Shown here: piece by piece, positions 30,269 to 39,539 of the stretch
How positions within the stretch are numbered: position 1 is the first letter of the stretch
How the letters are laid out: the number at the start of each line of letters is the position of its first letter
Position numbers and translations under genes: made by a program
DNA from: Thermodesulfobacteriota bacterium
GTDB lineage: Bacteria; Desulfobacterota; Desulfobacteria; Desulfobacterales; SURF-7
DNA length: 64,000 nucleotides
Assembly: GCA_049320885.1 (NCBI GenBank)
Contig: JBMORA010000030.1
Location: 58,570 to 122,569 of the forward strand
Direction of reading: 5' to 3'
The notes under the pieces: model-generated
What the model saw: the letters and a program-made list of their open reading frames with translations, nothing else
Told to the model about the DNA's origin: nothing
Database searches by the model: none

Positions 30269-31738
30269 ATGAAATCCATCCGAATTGTTTCTTGTCTTCT
30301 GATAATTCTGTCTGTGGCTCCGGCCCAAGCCGGCTGGATAGACGACTGGATGCAGCAGAAGACCGTATCCGGTCCCAACCATTTCGAGACCCAAAAGCGG
30401 GGGTTCACCTCTTTCGGCAATTTTTCCGCCCGCTGGCAGAACGGCAATGATTATCTCGTGAGTATCAACAAACCCCAGTTCAAGGCCGGTTGCGGCGGCA
30501 TCGATCTGTTTTTGGGCGGCATGGACTTGATGCAATTTGACTACCTGGTGGCCAAGCTCCAGCGCACCATGGGGTCGGCCTCGGCTGTTTTTGCGTTTGA
30601 TATCGCCATGAGCGTGCTGTCCGAAAAGGTGGCCACCAGCATGAAATCCATCATGGCCATCGTGGACCGGGTCAACCAGCTCCAGTACGACGACTGCAAG
30701 GCCGGTCAGGCCATTGCCGCCACCCTGGTGGATGCGGCCAACCCGAGGGTCGAGGCCAGGGACAAAACCCAGGCCATGACCGAGTTCGCCCAGCAGTCCG
30801 GGGTGTCCAGTCTCTGGCACGAATTGAAGAATTTCGGCCAGGAGAGTTCGGTGGAGGATACGGCCGCCGCCGCAGGCGTGGGCGGCATGAACCAGCTCGT
30901 GGACGGCTGCCCCATGAATCTGCGGGAGATCTTTTTCACCCAGGGGTCGGTGCTGGCTCACCTGGGCGCCAAGCGGGGGTATGCCTCCGCCTATATCGAT
31001 CTGGTACGCGGGCTGATCGGCGACATCAAGATCAGCCCGGACGGCATGACCAGTACCCGGATCGACCGCTGCCCCCAAAACACCCCGGCGACGATCCTGG
31101 ACACCTTTGCCGAAGGCACGGTTCAGCTCCGGGATGAGACCACGGACACCTGCAGCTCCGTGAACACCATCGTCATCGACGGTGTGACCTATCCCAATCT
31201 CAAGAACTGGGTGTTCACCATGCTGAGCACCATCGGCGCCAAGGTCATGGCCAAACAGTCGTTATCGAGCAGCGAGGAAGGTTTCCTGAACCTCATCCCC
31301 GCGCCCATTTACAAAGCCATGATCACGGAGATCACCATTGACGGAACCGCCGGCGCACCGCCCCTGATCGCGGCCAAATACGCCGACTATGTGTCCATCC
31401 TGTACGCCTATTACATGATGGGGGATTTGTACAACCTGATGGACAATACCATCCTGACCGCGGAGACCGTCAGCCGGGCCAAAAAAGGCACGGACTCCGG
31501 CGGGGGCCAGCGGACCTGCAAGATCGAACTGGTGGAGCCCCTGATGGGGGACCTGCGCAAGATGCGCGAGGATCTGCTGCCCTTCATGCACGGGATCTAC
31601 GATCTGTACCAGACCAAGCTGCTGGAGCTCAACAACACCATCGATTTTGCCCGGGCCATCCAGCAGCGGGATGAGCATTTCAGGCAGATGCTTGCGGAGC
31701 GGGTGGGCCAGGCGGCCGTGCGGCATATGCTGAATTAG
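30269..31738 (+). CDS. traH: TraH
   Basis: Signal peptide; PQFKAGCGGIDLFLGG motif. Confidence 0.92.
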   Translation: MKSIRIVSCLLIILSVAPAQAGWIDDWMQQKTVSGPNHFETQKRGFTSFGNFSARWQNGNDYLVSINKPQFKAGCGGIDLFLGGMDLMQFDYLVAKLQRTMGSASAVFAFDIAMSVLSEKVATSMKSIMAIVDRVNQLQYDDCKAGQAIAATLVDAANPRVEARDKTQAMTEFAQQSGVSSLWHELKNFGQESSVEDTAAAAGVGGMNQLVDGCPMNLREIFFTQGSVLAHLGAKRGYASAYIDLVRGLIGDIKISPDGMTSTRIDRCPQNTPATILDTFAEGTVQLRDETTDTCSSVNTIVIDGVTYPNLKNWVFTMLSTIGAKVMAKQSLSSSEEGFLNLIPAPIYKAMITEITIDGTAGAPPLIAAKYADYVSILYAYYMMGDLYNLMDNTILTAETVSRAKKGTDSGGGQRTCKIELVEPLMGDLRKMREDLLPFMHGIYDLYQTKLLELNNTIDFARAIQQRDEHFRQMLAERVGQAAVRHMLN

Positions 31739-31741
31739 GTT

Positions 31742-31877
31742 TTTTTTGACGGGATCGACGGGATCGACCGGATGGAAAAGATAAAAACACGGAGAATGGT
31801 TAATATGAGAGCTATCGGTATTTTCTTTCGTAGTTTTATTACAAAATCCTGTAAATCCTGTCCATCCTGTCTAAAAA
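31742..31877. repeat. Palindromic element family B, copy 2
   Basis: GACGGGAT-CGACGGGAT-CGACCGGAT ... ATCCTGTAA-ATCCTGTCC-ATCCTGTCT. Confidence 0.8.
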
Positions 31878-34800
31878 CAAAATATAAACCGACAATATTC
31901 CTTTATATCCTTATCTTCTGCTGTCTTCCCTCTGCCGCTGCCGCCGCCGTGCCCAGCAGCCTCCAAACCATCACGGTCCAGGGCGGTTTTGACGTGTATG
32001 CCCAGACCTTCCGGCGGCTGGCCCTGATCATGAGCGATACGCGGTACAACAATCTGTTCTTCACGTTCATCGTGGTGGGGATCTTCATCGCCGGGTGTGT
32101 GGTCATCGGCCACGCGGTGTTTGAGGGCAAGGACCGCATGCACTCCTGGGTGGCCTGGCTCGGCGCCGTCGTTTTCGGTCTCATCATTTTCAAGACTTTT
32201 ATTCAACCGCGTTCGCCCCTGGTCATCCATGATGAATCCAGCAACCAGTCCGTCACCATCGCCGATGTGCCGGACGGGGTCATCTTCGTGGCGGGCCTTG
32301 CCAAGAAAATCGAAAACGGCCTGATCCATATCATCGAGACCAGCGGCAGCCCGGATTCGTACATCGACAACCCGGGCGGGGTCACCTTCAACATCTTTTC
32401 AAAGGCCTTTGCCAAAGGCGTGGATCTGTCCGGCGTGGGCGCGACGGGCGGGTATTTGAACACCAACCTGCGGAGTTACGTCAAGGACTGTCTTTTTTTC
32501 GAGATCGCCCGGCCGGGCACGACCCTGACCCTGGATCAGATCAACATCAATACGGATTTCATCCCCATCTTCGCCCAGGGTTCCAATCCGGCCTTGTTCA
32601 CGGTGTATCGGGACAACAGCCACCCCACCGGCGTGACCGATTCCTGCTATTCGGCCTGGGCGCAGATCCAGACGGAACTCCTTTCCCTCACCGAGACCAG
32701 CTCGGCCAATGAGAAATACTGGACGGAACGATGCCTGCGGGCGGGATATAACCACAATGTCGTCGGCGCCGTGGGACCGGACATGGTGACCCTCTGCCGG
32801 ACAAAAGCGGCCGAACTCTTGTCCAACGCGAGACTCCTGGGCGTGGCCCTGACCTCCTCCCAATTGATGCGCCAGCATCTCATGGCGAGCGAGTTGTACG
32901 GCGCCCTCCAGGAAGCCAATCCGGATAGTGCCATCAGGATGTCCGGCGCCATGAACATGGGGAGCAGCCTGGTGGGTGCGGGCATCGTGGCCGGCGAGTG
33001 GATGCCCCACATGCAGGCCATGCTGTTTGCCGTGTTCGTGGGGATCATGCCGTTTTTCCTGATCCTGGCGGCCACGCCGTTTTATGCGCGGGTGATTTCA
33101 TTCATCCTGGGCGCCTTTGTCTTTTTCGTCTCCTGGGGCGTCTGCGATGCCCTGTTGCACGAATTTGCCATGGACAAGGCCCTGGACATCATGACCGAGA
33201 TCCGCAACGGCCAGCTGGGCCTGAAATCCTTTCTGCTGTTTCAGTCGGATTCCATGAAAGCCTATGCCTGTTTTGCCCAGTACAAGATCATGAGCATCAT
33301 GTTCGCCGGCATCTTTGCCGGGGTGTTGACCCGCATCGGCGGGAGCATGTGGGCAAAAACCCTGGGGGCTCCGGGCAGCCAGATGAGCCGGTTCGGGGCC
33401 ATCGCCTCCGGGGAGACCATCGATCCGGTCCGGAGCGCCGGTCGGAAGTCGGCCCTTACGGAAGCCGTTCCCGCCGAGGTACTCCATGACCGCTACGGCA
33501 TGGCCAATCAGGCCCGCACCAATTTATATGCCCGAGCCACCGAATACCAGACCAAGGAGGCAGCCGTAAATGCCTTCGGCGGTATATCGGCCGACCCTCT
33601 CCCGGCGGCGGATGTCATGTCCGGGGCCAATCTGACCCAGCTTACGGAGAAAGTGGCCCATGCGGATGCCGTCCAGGCATGGGGCAATGCCCATGGCCTC
33701 AGCAGCGACGACACCATCCGGATGACCCGGGATTATCTCCAGCATGCAAGCGCCTCCTCGGCCCTGGCCATGAACAAGATCGCCCGGGAGTACAATATCT
33801 CACCCATGGAGGCCCTCGATTTTGCCAAGCACATCCAGACCGAAACCGGATACGGCGACGCCCTGGGGGTGGAACGGGCCTATCAGTCGGCCACACAGGA
33901 CGGGTTCTCCGGGACCATTGCGGATTACCAGGCCATGCGGGCCGAGATCGACAGCCGCAAAGGTTTTTTGACCGCCGGGGCTGTCCGTAAAATGGCCGAA
34001 ACCTATTTTGACGGCAACACCCAGCAGTTGTTACGGCACGAAGCGGAATACAGCCAGTCCCAGACCGCGGCCATGCTGCGGAATTTTTCCAACCACCGGG
34101 CAGCCCCGGAAGAAGTGGGGGAAGCCATCGGCCGGGCCAAATCCTTCGAGGCCCTGGCCAAGGAGGAGCATCTCTTCGCCGCCGGTGATCATACCTATTT
34201 TCTGACCCAGTCCGGTCAGTTGTATGAGGCGGCGGTCAAGCACCTCCGGCGCAACGCCGTGGACGAAATCGCCAGCCAGGGGAGCCTCTCGGGCCAGACC
34301 CTTGCCGATATCAAAGCCCTGCAGGATACGGACATGGGCCGGACCCAGCTGCGAGCCCAAGGCGGCCTGGAAACCACCATCCGGGGCGAACGGGAAGCCC
34401 ACAATTTCAGCCGGTATCTGGAAACCCAGGGCGTGGCGGTGCAAAGTCGCGATCTCGTCGGCGCCCGGACCAGTCTAAACCTCTATACGGACAATGACGG
34501 CAACCTCAAGACTGGCTTTATCGCCGTGAACAAGGGCACCGTCATCACCAGCCAGGATTACAAAGAATACAAAGGCGCCTTATCCAAAGACCAGGCCCAA
34601 AAACTGGGCCTCACCCGGGAAGGATTCTATTCCATCAAGTCTTCACCCGCCGGCGGCGCTGCCTTGCTCGTCCATGGCGAATCCGGCCGGATGTTCACCA
34701 AGTCCGATCTGCATGTGGAAAAAAACTCCAACGATGGATACCAGGTTGTTTACCGGAATCCTGAAACCGGCGAGACCGGTTACACCGAACTCAGCCAGGG

Positions 34801-35557
34801 AACGGAAGCAAAGGATGTGGCCTCAACCGTGCGTCATCTGCGCAGCGGCGAGACCCTGAAGTTCCAGGATGATAATGGCGAACTGACCCTGGTCTCCGGC
34901 GAAATCCGCTCCAAAGGCATCATGCAAGATATCTCCGGCATCCTGGACAACGGCCGCTCCGTCAGCTTCCGGTACAACACCGTCACCGGCCATATCACGG
35001 ACCGGACCCTCAGTCAGGACGTGAACTTCAAACCGGATGAGGCTTACCGGAATCTGTACGACAAATCCCACGGGAACATGCTGCGGTTCTACGATCTGAA
35101 TGACGAAGCCACGCGGTTGGCGTTTGTCAACAACATGGCGCAGACGGTGGGGAATATCATCGGGGTTGATGAAGTCCAGACAGTTGGGGCTCATGGCGGG
35201 CTTGATGCGTCTCTCGGGGTGAACGCAGGAAAAAAAGGTTTTGATCTGTCTGGAGGCTTGGATCTGTCTTTTTCAAGCAGACAAAAAATAAACCAGGTAA
35301 GCGCATCTCTCCTTCATGTAATCAAAGAGTCCGAAGACAAAAATGGGAAAGTCGATTATGAAAAGGCCGAATCTTTATTGCGGAATGAATGTGATGGCCT
35401 GACAAGGCGAGGATATAAGGCCGGGAAAATCGGGTTGACCAGTGAATCGCTTGACGGGCAGGCTGCCAGGGAACATTTTCAGGAGAGATTTGATAAGGTA
35501 CAGGATCAAATCATACCACCTTCAATAAAAAAAAGTGCCGATCCTCCTGACACCTGA
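31772..35557 (+). CDS. traG: TraG mating-pair stabilisation protein; start uncertain
   Basis: Follows traH; multi-TM N-terminal half with YVKDC motif; long soluble C-terminus. Confidence 0.85.
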   Translation: MEKIKTRRMVNMRAIGIFFRSFITKSCKSCPSCLKTKYKPTIFLYILIFCCLPSAAAAAVPSSLQTITVQGGFDVYAQTFRRLALIMSDTRYNNLFFTFIVVGIFIAGCVVIGHAVFEGKDRMHSWVAWLGAVVFGLIIFKTFIQPRSPLVIHDESSNQSVTIADVPDGVIFVAGLAKKIENGLIHIIETSGSPDSYIDNPGGVTFNIFSKAFAKGVDLSGVGATGGYLNTNLRSYVKDCLFFEIARPGTTLTLDQININTDFIPIFAQGSNPALFTVYRDNSHPTGVTDSCYSAWAQIQTELLSLTETSSANEKYWTERCLRAGYNHNVVGAVGPDMVTLCRTKAAELLSNARLLGVALTSSQLMRQHLMASELYGALQEANPDSAIRMSGAMNMGSSLVGAGIVAGEWMPHMQAMLFAVFVGIMPFFLILAATPFYARVISFILGAFVFFVSWGVCDALLHEFAMDKALDIMTEIRNGQLGLKSFLLFQSDSMKAYACFAQYKIMSIMFAGIFAGVLTRIGGSMWAKTLGAPGSQMSRFGAIASGETIDPVRSAGRKSALTEAVPAEVLHDRYGMANQARTNLYARATEYQTKEAAVNAFGGISADPLPAADVMSGANLTQLTEKVAHADAVQAWGNAHGLSSDDTIRMTRDYLQHASASSALAMNKIAREYNISPMEALDFAKHIQTETGYGDALGVERAYQSATQDGFSGTIADYQAMRAEIDSRKGFLTAGAVRKMAETYFDGNTQQLLRHEAEYSQSQTAAMLRNFSNHRAAPEEVGEAIGRAKSFEALAKEEHLFAAGDHTYFLTQSGQLYEAAVKHLRRNAVDEIASQGSLSGQTLADIKALQDTDMGRTQLRAQGGLETTIRGEREAHNFSRYLETQGVAVQSRDLVGARTSLNLYTDNDGNLKTGFIAVNKGTVITSQDYKEYKGALSKDQAQKLGLTREGFYSIKSSPAGGAALLVHGESGRMFTKSDLHVEKNSNDGYQVVYRNPETGETGYTELSQGTEAKDVASTVRHLRSGETLKFQDDNGELTLVSGEIRSKGIMQDISGILDNGRSVSFRYNTVTGHITDRTLSQDVNFKPDEAYRNLYDKSHGNMLRFYDLNDEATRLAFVNNMAQTVGNIIGVDEVQTVGAHGGLDASLGVNAGKKGFDLSGGLDLSFSSRQKINQVSASLLHVIKESEDKNGKVDYEKAESLLRNECDGLTRRGYKAGKIGLTSESLDGQAAREHFQERFDKVQDQIIPPSIKKSADPPDT

Positions 35558-35583
35558 TTGTTGAAGGGAACATTTTCTGCAAT

Positions 35584-35811
35584 CTATTCGTCAAGAGGTC
35601 GGCAAGGTATTTTGGATGAAGGAGTATCAGAAAGACCGGCTGCAAAGTTCACCCATTGTCGCCTTTTTTTATACGCATCGATCCTCGCAGACGGATTTTC
35701 ATCCGAACCTTCAGGACGAGATCGCGGCAACGAATCGATTTTCTTCTCGATCATGATGAACAGAACAACAATGAAATATATGACGATAAGGACCGTCACG
35801 ATCGTTCCCAT
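35584..35811 (-). CDS. Small single-TM protein, entry-exclusion candidate
   Basis: 75 aa with N-terminal TM; AAGGA RBS; convergent with traG. Confidence 0.55.
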   Translation of the reverse strand: MGTIVTVLIVIYFIVVLFIMIEKKIDSLPRSRPEGSDENPSARIDAYKKRRQWVNFAAGLSDTPSSKIPCRPLDE

Positions 35812-36260
35812 GGTTTGCGTCCTTTATTATTTGTGTTTCCTCAGCGAAAAAGGCGCCAGGCGTTGTCATTCAGACGAAAGCCCTGCACGAAATGAAGTTC
35901 AGCTCTATCCAGATGGATGCTGGATGCCGGATCAGGCCCGATATTACGGAATCAGGAAATTCCACACCGGGATCGTAACAGCTATTTCGGTTGGATGAAA
36001 ACGATGTACCACTTTCAGAGGCGATCTTCAAGAAATTCTAACAAAGGGATAATACTGGTAAGGAACGTGTCTGGTAAATATTGTGAAAGGAGAAACAAAT
36101 GGCTGGCCGAACCGGGTATCGACCAAATTGATTATGCAAAAACAATAAGGGCAACATCCGAATTGTTTCGTCAGCCCTATATGTGCCGGCGATATGTAAC
36201 CGCAGACTGTTTCGAATCGCATCTTGAAAAACTTTCCGATGATCCGTCGCGGGTCAAAAA

Positions 36261-37178
36261 TTATCGTTGCCATGGGCCTGGTGCTTTCCATCTCACCGGA
36301 TCAAGTTGATTATTTACAATACACTCCACCATGGGCTTCAGAAAAAGAGAAACACCGAAAACCACCTCCTCGAAGGTATCCGAGTCACTATCCATCCGGT
36401 TTTTTCGGCAAAAAGCCTTCCATTGGGCATATTTCATTTCATCCTTCATGAAAATTTCTGTGAAAGCGATGGGATTCATCGGAATGGTGGTGTGACGTGT
36501 TGAAAAGGTTTTCTTGATCGCCGTTGCCAGCGTATTTCCGTCGAAATCAAACCGCTGGGAAAGAAGCCGGATATCCCAAAAATCTTTCATGCGGCTGTTT
36601 ATGATGCCCCGTCTGACCATCGCCTCGAACTTCTCTGCAATCATGCTTTCTTTGCTGTATCCGCGGATTTTCGGTGCCGGCAGGTCGAGAATCGTAGGAT
36701 ATGCCATCATCTCCGGCGATGGAATCACAACGTCGCCGAAACCGATGTCAAGCTGAAGAGTAATACGCGCATTACCCAACAATCCGCGGAAGTGGACGCG
36801 CACCCCTTCATAGTCGGCTTCTTCGGTAATAATCTGTCCCCGGATGCTATCCGGGTCGAAAACAATCCCATCCGGCTCCACCTTCTGAAGGCATACTTCC
36901 CGGACCATGGCGATGATAGAATCCGTGCTGTTTTTAATTTTTCCCAACATGTCGATGTCCATCGTGGACCGGAGTGAGCGAACCTCCCATACCATGAGCA
37001 TCAGCGCTCCTTTGAGAATGAATTTCTCGGCATATGAAGACCGGGAAAAACGGTATAGAAAGCGTTCGATCGCGTAGTATTGGAACAGCTCGTTAAACGG
37101 GCGGGCGGATTCTTGCGACTTGTTGAGCAGGCGCTGATGAACAGAAGCAGCGATGTTACGCGGGTTGGGGCTTGTCAT
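36261..37178 (-). CDS. AbiEii nucleotidyltransferase toxin (type IV TA)
   Basis: ERFLYR, FILKGAL, RSTMDID, AEKFEA and SRMKDFWD motifs. Confidence 0.92.
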   Translation of the reverse strand: MTSPNPRNIAASVHQRLLNKSQESARPFNELFQYYAIERFLYRFSRSSYAEKFILKGALMLMVWEVRSLRSTMDIDMLGKIKNSTDSIIAMVREVCLQKVEPDGIVFDPDSIRGQIITEEADYEGVRVHFRGLLGNARITLQLDIGFGDVVIPSPEMMAYPTILDLPAPKIRGYSKESMIAEKFEAMVRRGIINSRMKDFWDIRLLSQRFDFDGNTLATAIKKTFSTRHTTIPMNPIAFTEIFMKDEMKYAQWKAFCRKNRMDSDSDTFEEVVFGVSLFLKPMVECIVNNQLDPVRWKAPGPWQR

Positions 37179-37804
37179 AGAGTCGCCTCAACATATGGAC
37201 GAATGACCTTCTCGACCCGGCACACCCTGGCATAATGCATCAGTTCATCGACCTTGAACCGCTTTCTCTGCCGATAATTCTTCAGGGCTTCCAGGACGAC
37301 ATCAAGACCGATTTTATTCCTATACTTGAAGCAGTCGGCCAGGGTCTTCTCCGGGCTGTAAACTTGCATGGGGATATCGTCTACAGCGTGTTTTTCGATC
37401 CCTTCCTCATAAGCAGGGCTGCCAAACCAGAAAATACGTAGCGGGGGGAAATCAAGCCTGGGAGGCTCAGCACCCCTTGGCAGGGCAAGATACACTTCGT
37501 GAGGGATTTCAGTCGTTATCTCATGATAGGAAAGGGCGGAAATGAGACAGATGACACCCTTCGGAATCTTCATGGCAACGATTGACAGGTCCGGGTTTCC
37601 CATCGTTGGAAGATCGGCAAAGCGGTACATCCCTCGACCGATGCACACTATCAGTCCCATATCCCGCATACTGTAAATGGTCCGGGAATGAATGCCTGCC
37701 TTCACCGCCTCACTCACGCGAAACGTTCCACCGCTTCGTGAGCGAAACAGGTTTTTCACTCTTTCAATCGCATTTGATTCTGCTTCTTTTATGATCAGCG
37801 GCAT
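37175..37804 (-). CDS. AbiEi antitoxin; start uncertain
   Basis: GRGMYR, GVICLISALSYH and YSPEKTLADCFKYRNKIG motifs; ATGA overlap with the toxin gene. Confidence 0.9.
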   Translation of the reverse strand: MPLIIKEAESNAIERVKNLFRSRSGGTFRVSEAVKAGIHSRTIYSMRDMGLIVCIGRGMYRFADLPTMGNPDLSIVAMKIPKGVICLISALSYHEITTEIPHEVYLALPRGAEPPRLDFPPLRIFWFGSPAYEEGIEKHAVDDIPMQVYSPEKTLADCFKYRNKIGLDVVLEALKNYRQRKRFKVDELMHYARVCRVEKVIRPYVEATL

Positions 37805-38514
37805 GGATAGTTTTACCTGCAATAATTTTTTTTTGCTGGTATTTCTTACCATGTTGTTCTTTTGTGTCAAGCGAAAATTCGTGTATTCGCCCATCCTTGT
37901 TTTTTTATCGCGTATGCTTGCATTGAAAAAAAGAGGGAAACGAATTCTGCATTCGTTTCCCTCCGGAGCTTTTTCCACGCCCTTACAAAGGCGACGCATG
38001 CTTTCTTGCAGCTGTTGTCAAACCGGTGCACAGTCGGTGGCTGATTTTCCGGATCAATCCTTCAGACTATCGCATTTCTCGGTGGCTTACAAAGTTGATT
38101 GTCCTATATCAATAATCCACTCGCGCATTGAGTCCCTTGCCGCATTTGAAAAAGGGCAAAGATCAATTATTATAATTGGGCTCCGGTATTCCCCAATTGA
38201 ACAATACTTGTTTTTCGATTGAGATCGCACATGGCGCCAAAAGTTCAAATATCGCGCTACATCGCTGTTATAACAATTTATTAACTTGACATTCGGCGAT
38301 GTGCAGTGCTATCAACCCCAAATTACGATCCAGGGGGCGGATCGATCTTTCATTATTACCTGCCATTTTCGGTGGCCATGCATCATGCCATGGCATTCTC
38401 CAATAAGGCGTAAGCCTCCAATTTGTGATGCGGTTTGATCATTCTTGCTGATCTTAAAGTCACGCATATATCGTTGCGTGTTTTTTTGGGGCAGTAAGTT
38501 AACAATGTTAACAG

Positions 38515-39420
38515 GTGCGCACCTTGAACCGTTACGCGATTGCAGGTCTGGCCCTCATTATCGGTGCCATCGTAGCTCTCTGGATGGTCCTGGTTGATCC
38601 CTTTGGTATCAAAACAGGGGATTCACACTATGTTCACCCAAGGATGGTGCGGTACGGCTTCACGGTGACCAATACCACCAACCAGCTGATCCGGAACGCT
38701 GAATTGCTGGTGCGGGCGCCGGTGAAACGGACGGCGCATCAAATCTGCAGCCAATTGACGGTCTCCGCACAGTTTCAAACCCTGGAAGACCAGCTGGGTA
38801 ACCAGGTGCTTCGTCTCATCCTCACGGAAATGCCGCCATTCGGCACCCGGATCATCACCGTGACGGCGGATCTGATGATGGCGGATGCTCCCGGCCGGAT
38901 TTCCCTGGATGACGAGGCTGTCTGGCTGGCGGCAGAGCCGTTCGTGGAGGCCGCTGATCCGGACATCCGGGCCGAGGCCAAGAAACTGGCCGCCGGAAAC
39001 CCCATGGAAACCGCCGCCAGGATCAACGCCTGGACAGCCGACCATATTGATTATTCCGGTTATACCGCCAATGAGCGGGGCGCTCAATACGCCTACAAAA
39101 ATCGCAAAGGCGACTGTACGGAATACATGGACCTGTTTGTGGCCCTGAGCCGGGCCGCCGGCATACCTGCCCGGGGAATCGGCGGGTTCATCTGTCCGGA
39201 AAGCGCCAATCTGGCCCCGGCCGGTTATCACAACTGGGCCGAGTTTCACGACGGCAAGACCTGGAAAACCGCCGATCCCCAGAACCGGATGTTCGTGGAG
39301 AAAGCCCGGGATTACGTGGTCATGCGGGTGATCAGCGCCTCCCGGGAAAAAACAGAGATGCGCTTCGACCGCTTCCGGATGACTACCGAAGGATTGAAAG
39401 TCGTGATGAATGACAATTGA
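38515..39420 (+). CDS. Membrane-anchored transglutaminase-like protein
   Basis: N-terminal TM; GDCTEY..RAAGIPAR..HNWAE..ADP Cys-His-Asp triad. Confidence 0.9.
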   Translation: MRTLNRYAIAGLALIIGAIVALWMVLVDPFGIKTGDSHYVHPRMVRYGFTVTNTTNQLIRNAELLVRAPVKRTAHQICSQLTVSAQFQTLEDQLGNQVLRLILTEMPPFGTRIITVTADLMMADAPGRISLDDEAVWLAAEPFVEAADPDIRAEAKKLAAGNPMETAARINAWTADHIDYSGYTANERGAQYAYKNRKGDCTEYMDLFVALSRAAGIPARGIGGFICPESANLAPAGYHNWAEFHDGKTWKTADPQNRMFVEKARDYVVMRVISASREKTEMRFDRFRMTTEGLKVVMNDN

Positions 39421-39429
39421 TGATCAACT

Positions 39430-39509
39430 CACCATCCACTTCGTTCGAGGCACGGAGGACAAGGAGCAAACCCTCCCCAGCCTCCCCAACTCGAGCGCAG
39501 CGGGTGGTG
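39430..39509. repeat. Degenerate palindromic element (family A)
   Basis: CACCATCCACTTCGTTCGAG pairs with CTCGAGCGCAGCGGGTGGTG; shares AGCGCAGCGGGTGGT with the element at 46064. Confidence 0.65.
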
Positions 39510-39539
39510 GAAAAAAATAATAAAACGGGAAAGCCGACC

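Noticed and set aside
35864..36260. Short ORFs and a degenerate REP-like sequence (GTCATTC..CTGGATGCCGGATCA) between the exclusion candidate and AbiEii
   Set aside because: Too degenerate and single-copy in this window; ORFs have no supporting motifs
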